Below are positions 54,980 to 64,000 of a stretch of 64,000 nt of DNA, in pieces. The DNA is from Laetmonice hystrix (taxonomy: Eukaryota): positions 17,484,001 through 17,548,000 of the forward strand of contig OZ249448.1 of NCBI GenBank assembly GCA_965235115.1. The letters are read 5' to 3'. The notes beneath the pieces are model-generated. The model worked only from the letters and a program-made list of their open reading frames with translations, searched no databases and was not told the DNA's origin. The stretch's first letter is position 1; each line of letters begins with the position of its first letter. Position numbers and translations under genes: made by a program.

Positions 54980-57488
54980 TGTAGGTTGGACACGTGACCG
55001 TGCGCATCATCCCCCACACCGGAAGCCCGGAACCGGTGAGCACTGCGGCATCAGCAATCAACGCACCAGGCGTTCGGCAATAATAAATGGTTAAATATTC
55101 AATGGGCAGGCGTGTGGGGCTGCAGGGGTCCAAGAATGTATAATTGAATAATTCCAACTGCGGAATGAGTAAGCAAATTGAGGTTTGGGGACGAGTATAG
55201 ACTTGCGTGAAACGTCGTCATCATTCAGCCAAGAATAAGACCCCGGTGTAAGTGGTGGATGGTGCAGGACTACCAGAATGTAGGCCTAATAGATGTACAG
55301 CAATAAAAGGAAGGTTTAGCAACTAGTCCTTAATTGATATTACCCTGTCCAGATATGTTGGAAGGACTTGGCTGCTGGTCCATTGTGACGGCATCCGGCC
55401 TTGGTGGCGGTTAACCGCGGAACCTCCTCTGTTTGACTCAATAGTAAAAGAAATTGCAGTGACTATCCCACTGTAAAACCTTCTGGCCGAATTACCACGG
55501 TTAACCGTCTATTAGGACAGAGAGAGAGAGAGAGATGGGGGGGGGGGCGAAGAAGAGAGGCCTGTAATGTTATGTCCTGATGGTTGGGAGATAGATGTAG
55601 GGTACAATCGGTGTTATAACGAATATAACGTAATATGATCAACCTCAGAGCAAGAGAAAAACAGAGGTCGAGAGAGGTTCTTATCAAACAGGTTCTCAAA
55701 AGTTTAAAAAGATACTTAAAAAAATGGCCTCGAATCATGCTGAGGATGTGGGTTCAGCACCATGTATAATACGCGTTAGGTGTGCTCCACTTGCTCTTAC
55801 TGATCTCAAAGATCCTATGTATCTGTTTTTGTTTTTTGTTTTTTTAGTCCGGTATGGTGTAGGTTGTCGCGTTATAGCTTTACAACCGGATGAGTGTTAC
55901 GGATATACAACCGACGGGCAGGGCGGTGTGCATGGAAGTTTTGTCGTTCGTTTTACTATATCTGCCACTCGGGCTTTATTTAAACAGCCGCCACCGGGTG
56001 AAACGTTGTGGACTCAGTGAAGTTTGAAGTGTTGAAACTCAACAAGGCAGGCGAACAAAAGCAAAACACATCGGTTATTTACGCCTGATATGCAGACATA
56101 TGAAGAGAAATATGTAGCCATGAGGTCGGTGTTTTTCTCTGCTATTACCGAGCCCACATATGATTACAACAGCCACTAGATTCTGATTCTTCTGGCAACG
56201 GGAGATTCGCCTTTGTCTGAGCAGTGCGTAAGTAACATGACTATTTTTATGCGATCTGTAATTGCTTAGTCTGGCATGTGTCTGTGTCACATGGTATATA
56301 GACCTGGGTATTCCATGGTGATGTGTCATGTAGGACGGAACGTGTTGTGGTGTAGAGGCCGTGCCTAGGGTGCAACCGAAGATCTAGGGTATCCAAGTGC
56401 AGAGCCGGTGCGTTAGAGATAATTTTACTGTTGTACAGATAACGAGGGTATTGAATGATCCGAATTTGATTCAGTCTGGTTATGAAAGGTCCACCGACAG
56501 TATAATATCACATGCCATTTGCTAAACCAACACTGACCTATAGCCTCCTGGTTCTATATAGCCTGCAGAACATAACGCTCAGTGTGAAGATGCATGGACC
56601 CTAATATAGGCCACATAGGTGTATTTGAAAAAGATAATACGGTCAGCACTGCTTTATTCTCTACTTTGTACCTTAATCTCTACTGGAGCACAGAGTTGAT
56701 CTTTCCTGCAAGAACTGTTTGATATAAAAGATTGACAACATAAATTGTGTGTTTCCCGTCCAGATTTTGCAGGAAGGTCCAGTGTCAAAGTTGAGAAAAT
56801 TGTTCAAAGCTTGCTCTGCCGCCAGTAGGTACTAAAAAAGGGGGTATGAGATCATATGTGCTGACAGGGTGAAGTTGATGGTTGTATCAGAAACACGTGT
56901 GACATGGACCACAGTATGCCAATGCAGCAGGATATAGCGGCAAGCATAGGTCCAGAGCATCGACCTTATGCTGCTAGGCCTGGAGAATAGGGCGTTATTC
57001 TGTCATTTTTCACCAAGCCAACCAACAATTTCCAAAGAATTATGGTCTCTTGCGGTTTTGATCTGTTTTGTAAAGTCATGTTATCAACGTGGATCTCACA
57101 CTCTGTGTCTGCCTCTGGGGGTATGACCCTGGTTTTGAACCCCTCCATGCACCTTTACCCCCTCCACCCTGGGGTTCGATGTGAGGGCTGTTCACTGTCC
57201 GGTATATCCATATTATGGAGAAGACCCACACCCAAGGTCACAGCAGTTGTGGTGATCCAATACCCTATACAGCGGCCATCATGCATGCATGCATGTAATG
57301 GTAAAATCGATTGATAATTTCAACCTACAGGTGTATATTATCGACTGATGTCGGCGTCAATGGAGCCAGATTATGTCTTTTTAGGTGAGCATATAAAGAT
57401 TTTGAAATAAACAGCTTGTATTATTAGGTTCCGCGGGCCTTTATGCAGTCGCCTATTTTGACACTCTTTTTTTATCTTCATTACTCAC

Positions 57489-57668
57489 ATTTTTCCAAGC
57501 GGAAATTCTCTGCTAGTGGAGCTAGTCCGGTCAGTTTCTCCGCTACTCTGATTCCCTTCGTAATGTAACGGTAAGGACATTGTAGGCTTCACAGTGAGGA
57601 AGCCAGTCTGAGGTGTTTCCCGGGGGATGGCAGTGTTACACCTTGATAAGGCAGGATGGTAATATAAT
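57489..57668 (-). other. Candidate 180-nt - strand exon, product unrecognised
   Basis: It has a poly-T acceptor TTTTTTTTATCAG| and donor AAT|GTGAGT, and one frame is open throughout (LYYHPALSRCNTAIPRETPQTGFLTVKP...). Confidence 0.3.
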
Positions 57669-58045
57669 CTGATAAAAAAAATATTTGAAGTAAAAATATT
57701 ATAGAGTAGAACATCCCAGCGAGTGTTGATAGACATCACAATGCTGGGTTTCGTACAAGAAATACAGTTGTATTGTGCTATAGCTTAGGCTTATATTTAG
57801 CTTTTGGCCATGCATTGTAGGCCTACTCTGGTTTTGTGTGATATGTCTATCAGTTTATTGTGGATTGCTGTTTTAGCCAAATGAAATCCAATCCATATAT
57901 GTGCTAGTATTCACAGGCAGTGTTTCCGATCAATCGGGCTGGTCACGGCCTGAGAATGTAGAGTAGTGTAGTCGTGGTCTGGATCCGAAATCAATACGAT
58001 GATTTAGTTCCGCTTGAATCCTACAAAACCGTATCCTGAAATTGT

Positions 58046-58059
58046 CCGCGAGATGGCGC
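58046..58059 (+). promoter_or_regulatory. CTCF-like motif
   Basis: CCGCGAGATGGCGC is close to the core consensus. Confidence 0.4.
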
Positions 58060-58540
58060 CAGCGGTTGTGGGAACCTGGCGGGTTTTTTTTCAGCGATGA
58101 ATTCAGTGCTCAATATTGGCTGTGTTCGGTTCGGTCTATACACCAGCAATGGTGTGGACTGACCAGCAGTTATCAGGTAAACGCCTCAGGGGAGACGTAT
58201 TGACCTTGGTCATCCCTACTCCTGATCATTGCCATAGCAACCATCAGGTTTGACGTGATTCCATGTGTCCGACCACCAAGGAAGGGTACTTGAGTGTTTT
58301 ACTGTCAATCCAAAGTCAGACACAGTTCTAAAATCTCTAAAGACCTTTGTTGAAACTTGTAGGTTAATAGGAGGACGAACCAAAAGGGATGCTACTTCTA
58401 ACAGCTAAATACTTCCCCAAGGCTCGTCAATTGTTTTCTCTTTTTAAAATATGGTAATAATGTCATGCAGACACGACGTTGATGTAGAGGAATGTGTAGT
58501 CTTATTAGCTTCACCTTTGTATGGCCTGTGGTGTGCTTAC

Positions 58541-58653
58541 ATTGGTGATGTTGACATCTCTGACTTGCCCTGAAAAGCGTATCGTCAAACCTAGTACGTA
58601 TTGCATAGACCGTGTATTGGATATGGCATACCCTCCACTGTAAATGGTGTGAT
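58541..58653 (-). other. Candidate 113-nt - strand exon, product unrecognised
   Basis: It has acceptor CTACATTTTACACCAG| and donor AAT|GTAAGC, and an open frame DHTIYSGGYAISNTRSMQYVLGLTIRFSGQVRDVNITN. Confidence 0.3.
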
Positions 58654-59050
58654 CTGGTGTAAAATGTAGAACGGGAGGATGTGTGATTCAATATAGACGT
58701 TGTTTAAAAAGGCATATTACCAGCAGTGTCCTCTATATCTAAACGACATGGACCTGATTGAAGGATTCGTCCATCCCAGAATTCTTCCTAATTTAATCCA
58801 GCATTAGGAATGTTGACACACAGGAATTATCACAACACTACTGGGTCTACCAATAGAGATAGAAACCGCCCTAATCCAGGGCCAATAAGGGATTACTGGC
58901 TCCTCGAGATAATCGCATTAAGTTATAATCTTGGTTAAATCAATATTGAGGGAATCGAAGCCCCAGCACGGTTGAGCTCCGATTGACAGACAGAACTAGC
59001 CTTTTGCATTAGTGTAATTAATGGCACATCGATAGAAACTGATGAAAGTT

Positions 59051-60270
59051 AGACTGAGAACATGCACCAGTACCAGTACCAGCACCAGCACCAGCACCAG
59101 TACCAGCACCAGCACCAGTACCAGTACCAGAACGCTTGCTTACCTTACATACCACCCACTCTCAGACATTTCCTGTCAGACAGTACCAGTACCAGAACGC
59201 TTGCTTACCTTACATACCACCCACTCTCAGACATTTCCTGTCAGACAGTACCAGTACCAGAACGCTTGCTTACCTTACATACCACCCACTCTCAGACATT
59301 TCCTGTCAGACAGTACCAGTACCAGAACGCTTGCTTACCTTACATACCACCCACTCTCAGACATGACTGAGAACATGCACCAGTACCAGTACCAGAACGC
59401 TTGCTTACCTTACATACCACCCACTCTCAGACATGACTGAGAACATGTACCAGTACCAGTACCAGTACCAGTACCAGTACCAGAACGCTTGCTTACCTTA
59501 CATACCACCCACTCTCAGACATTTCCTGTCAGACAGTACCAGTACCAGAACGCTTGCTTACCTTACATACCACCCACTCTCAGACATTTCCTGTCAGACA
59601 GTACCAGAACCAGAACGCTTGCTTACCTTACATACCACCCACTCTCAGACATGACTGAGAACATGTACCAGTACCAGTACCAGTACCAGAACGCTTGCTT
59701 ACCTTACATACCACCCACTCTCAGACATTTCCTGTCAGACAGTACCAGTACCAGAACGCTTGCTTACCTTACATACCACCCACTCTCAGACATGACTGAG
59801 AACATGCACCAGTACCAGTACCAGAACGCTTGCTTACCTTACATACCACCCACTCTCAGACATTTCCTGTCAGACAGTACCAGTACCAGAACGCTTGCTT
59901 ACCTTATATACCACCCACTCTCAGACATGACTGAGAACATGCACCAGTACCGGTACCAGAACGCTTGCTTACCTTACATACCACCCACTCTCAGACATTT
60001 CCTGTCAGACAGTACCAGTACCAGAACGCTTGCTTACCTTACATACCACCCACTCCCAGACATTTCCTGTCAGACAGTACCAGTACCAGAACGCTTGCTT
60101 ACCTTACATACCACCCACTCTCAGACATTTCCTGTCAGACAGTACCAGTACCAGAACGCTTGCTTACCTTACATACCACCCACTCTCAGACATGACTGAG
60201 AACATGCACCAGTACCAGAACCAGAAGGCTTGCTTACCTTATATACCACCCACTCTCAGACAGTTCCTGT
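59051..60270. repeat. Modular satellite, ~17 units of 65 or 70+ bp with embedded (ACCAGT/ACCAGC)n
   Basis: The constant core GAACGCTTGCTTACCTTACATACCACCCACTCTCAGACAT is followed by linker TTCCTGTCAGACAGT or GACTGAGAACATGC, plus a variable number of hexamers. Confidence 0.97.
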
Positions 60271-61417
60271 AAGACCAAATCAAGTTTCGGATACTCCCGA
60301 TACATTGCGTGGACCACCATGGACCAGACTCTGGCGTACCACTTTGACAAAGATTGTCAAAGATTGTTTAATAATACAACATTCACCATTCAACGGGTAG
60401 ATAAATAAAGTGTAACTTGTCAAGCTTTATCAAGGAACTAAAGACCGAGGCCAACCTACAGCCATTGTTTGTAAACAAAAATGCCGAGTCATTGGTTCAA
60501 CGTTACATTTTATCATTGCATAAAAGTCCGTTTTGCGTATCGGGTAGAAGGGTTGTCTGGGCTGTGATACGATTTTCTGCTGAATGACCAACTTTATATC
60601 TAGGGCCATTAATCTGATACCTCATGAATACCTCATCTTAATCTGTTTGTAATAATAATATTTGCCGGACCTGAACACAAATAGTTCCCGTCCCGAGAAA
60701 GACCATCCGTCGTATTCAGTGAGTCTCGTTGACGACTTCCTTGATGGATGAGTTGACACGTGGAGGCAGTGAAATCGTTGGGCTCATAAACCTTGGACTA
60801 ATAAAACCAGCCCAAACATACACTGGCCCGTCTCGCGACTGTAGTGATTTTGATTGTTATTGGAAGGTGACATTTACATCCGTTCTCCGTGACCTTTGCT
60901 CTTGGAATGCTGCATGAAATACAGTATTATTTCAATTTGATTGAACCGTAAAATTATACTTTAGGCATCCGTCACCGAGTTCGTCACACAAGGTTTATAT
61001 TGAATTCGTCCAGGAACATTTACTATTTTTCGAAGAAAATTCCATGTCGTAGAGTTAGAGCAGCAGATCTCCCAAGTGGTGAGGACTGCTGGCGTCTAAC
61101 AGAAATGCTCCTGCGGGTTGAGTGGGGCTCTCTGATTGGGTGCTTGGCATGACGCGGCTGTCTCTATAGATACATGTACATACGTGACCTCCTGGTCCCC
61201 TGTTTACGATTATTTTATACCACCTGACGTTAATAACAGGTGACATGTTGGTCAGCCCCCATTTTGCCCCGAGGAGATGACTAAAATGTGGGTCTCCTTG
61301 CCTCGCTCCTTTCACGTTATGTCGTTGTCACTGGGAGGGGACTTGTTGACGTCTTGCCATATGTTGTCGACTATCTAACATAACACAAGCAGGTAACACC
61401 TTCTATTGATGGATTGC

Positions 61418-62974
61418 TTTCATAGCACCTGTGTCAGCGGATCCTTTCTCCGAGTCAGTGGTTTCATAGCACCTGTGTCAGCGGATCCGTTCACTGAGTC
61501 AGTGGTTTCATACCTGTGTCAGCGGATCCGTTCACCGAGTCAGTGGTTTCATAGCACCTGTGTCAGCGAATCCTTTCTCCGAGTCAGTGGTTTCATACCT
61601 GTGTCAGCGGATCCGTTCACTGAGTCAGTGGTTTCATACCTGTGTCAGCAGATCCTTTCTCAGAGTCAGTGGTTTCATAGCACCTGTGTCAGCGGATCCT
61701 TTCTCCGAGTCAGTGGTTTCATAGCACCTGTGTCAGCGGATTCTTTCTCCGAGTCAGTGGTTTCATACCTGTGTCAGCGGATCCTTTTCTCCGAGTCAGT
61801 GCTTTCATACCTGTGTCAGCGGATCCTTTTCTCCGAGTCAGTGCTTTCATACCGGTGTCAGCGGATCCTTTCTCCGAGTCTGTCGTTTCATAGCACCTGT
61901 GTCAGCAGATCCTTTCTCCGAGTCAGTGGTTTCATACCTGTGTCAGCGGATCCGTTCACTGAGTCAGTGGTTTCATACCTGTGTCAGCAGATCCTTTCTC
62001 AGAGTCAGTGGTTTCATATTACCTGTGTCAGCGGATCCTTTCTCCGAGTCAGTGGTTTCATACCTGTGTCAGCGGATTCTTTCTCCGAGTCAGTGGTTTC
62101 ATACCTGTGTCAGCGGATCCTTTTCTCCGAGTCAGTGGTTTCATAGCACCTGTGTCAGCGGATCCTTTCTCTGAGTCAGTGTTTTCATAGCACCTGTGTC
62201 AGCGGATCCTTTCTCCGAGTCAGTGGTCTCATACCTGTGTAAGCGGATCCTTTCTCCGAGTCAGTGGTTTCATAGCTGTGTCAGCGGATCCTTTCTCCAA
62301 GTCAGTGGTTTCATACCTGTGTCAGCAGATCCTTTCTTCGAGTCAGTGGTTTCATACCTGTGTCAGCGGATCCTTTCTCCGAGTCAGTGGTTTTATACTT
62401 GTGTCAGCGGATCCTTTTCTCCGAGTCAGTGCTTTCATACCTGTGTCAGCAGATCCTTTCTCCGAGTCTGTCGTTTCATAGCACCTGTGTCAGCGGATCC
62501 TTTCTCCGAGTCAGTGGTTTCATACCTGTGTCAGCGGATCCTTTCTCCGAGTCAGTGGTTTCATACCTGTGTCAGCAGATCCTTTCTCCGAGTCTGTCGT
62601 TTCATAGCACCTGTGTCAGCAGATCCTTTCTCCGAGTCAGTGGTTTCATAGCACCTGTGTCAGCGGATCCTTTCTCCGAGTCAGTGGTTTCATACCTGTG
62701 TCAGCGGATCCTTTCTCCGAGTCAGTGGTTTCATACCTGTGTCAGCGGATCCTTTTCTCCGAGTCAGTGGTTTCATACCTGTGTCAGCGGATCCTTTCTC
62801 CGAGTCAGTGGTTTCATATCTGTGTCAGCAGATCCTTTCACCGAGTCAGTGGTTTCATACCTGTGTCAGCGGATCCTTTCTCCGAGTCAGTGGTTTCATA
62901 CCTGTGTCAGCAGATCCTTTCTCCGAGTCAGTGGTTTCATACCTGTGTCAGCGGATCCTTTCTCCGAGTCAGTG
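61418..62974. repeat. Satellite, 41-46 bp unit x~36
   Basis: The unit is GAGTCAGTGGTTTCATA(GCA)CCTGTGTCAGCGGATCCTTTCTCC, with indel variants. Confidence 0.97.
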
Positions 62975-63518
62975 CAGCCTACTTTTGTTTGAAGGACACA
63001 ATCTTATATCGGTGGTATAGGTATAGTGTCTACAATGTATAATATTATTATTTCATAAAGGATATTTTATTGTGTGACCGGAAGTCCGCTTTAAGTTCAT
63101 ACTTGGGACGTTTTACATCCGTTGTTACCGTTGTTATCTGCTATATATTGAGCAGCCATAACAAAACGGTGATAGATTATCATTTAGAACGAGTGTGACT
63201 GAGGTTCACAGGTAGTTCATATCTCCACCTTTGGACTAGTACATATATACAGTCACAAGATCAAACGCACTGTGAGGAAGAGAGGTGTACAGTCCTGCTT
63301 GAGCAGGTATAGCAATCCTAGCTTCAACAAACCACACTCGTTTATGTTTTGTTTTATATGACCAACAAGTAACTATTGCATATTTCATATTTGATATAAT
63401 TCTATGCCGCATAAAATTTTCTTTGAATATGAGAACATGAAGAAGAAATCCTTCGAGAGAAAGAATGAGTGAACTTGTTTCAAGTCGTTGAAGAATGTCT
63501 TTGTTTTATTTGTTGCAG

Positions 63519-63565
63519 GGCGTGAATCAAAGGGGGAATTGGTGATGGAGGCGGTAGCTAGGAGG
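63519..63565 (+). other. Candidate 47-nt exon of an unidentified + strand gene (RESKGELVMEAVARR)
   Basis: It has a strong acceptor TTTGTTTTATTTGTTGCAG| and donor AGG|GTAAGC. One frame is open, and it is in phase with the ATGTCGGCAG| first exon at 39692. Confidence 0.4.
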
Positions 63566-64000
63566 GTAAGCTTCTTTTTATTACTGCGCTGACATTGAAC
63601 GATGAGTCGTTTCAGTCCTGGTCAATATCATGGCGTTCTTAATGTTGAGGGAGAATTCCTGCACCGTTCTCCCTCATGTAAACGCCAGGGGGAGCCAGTG
63701 TAGGTAGGCCTACTGGTACGACACCTTGCTGCAGGTGTGGTTATCACTGAAATAAAGGTTTAATCACAGACAGTTATAAATTAGTACGTATACGTTTTTC
63801 TGTCCAGGAATCCGATCATCACATGGAATATGTATCATAATTAGAGATGGAAAAATTAAGACACTTCCGCCCACTCTCACTGGCAGTAAGATATAGATGG
63901 ATAAATGATTCCCACGCAAATACATTTAATCTGGCTTTTATTCACCTGCACGCTGTTTCATAATTATATAAATAATATTGCCGATAATCTGTTAGAAAAC

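Noticed and set aside
59042-63042. Many long ORFs (up to 246 aa) in the ORF track
   Set aside because: They are translations of satellite units, with no domain content.

Overview
AT-rich eukaryotic (animal, most likely invertebrate bilaterian) genomic DNA with GT-AG spliceosomal introns. I found no prokaryotic systems, CRISPR array, rRNA or tRNA. The left 39 kb is a compact three-gene cluster. It holds the 3' part of BLTP2/KIAA0100 (hobbit; + strand, ~42 exons in view, stop at 16589). PIGL lies on the - strand (7 exons, 277 aa, 24236-27555). CFAP251/WDR66 lies on the + strand (28062-38688), head-to-head with PIGL across 506 bp. The right 25 kb has no protein I can recognise. It contains a CpG-rich promoter at ~39.5 kb, CAG repeats, CTCF/ETS-like motifs, scattered candidate exons on both strands and two long modular satellites. 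Several MITEs and degraded LINE pieces are interspersed. I cannot support a clear new biological system. The best leads are four: minisatellites anchored on splice sites (two at homology-supported BLTP2 junctions, two possibly marking a hidden - strand gene at 57-63 kb); a 12-aa SKPGTP tandem array in the CFAP251 N-terminus; candidate in-frame cassette exons in CFAP251 (51 nt) and BLTP2 (33 nt); and a divergent CTCF-like motif pair at the gene-dense/gene-poor boundary. Family assignments come from my recall of the homologues, not from database searches.
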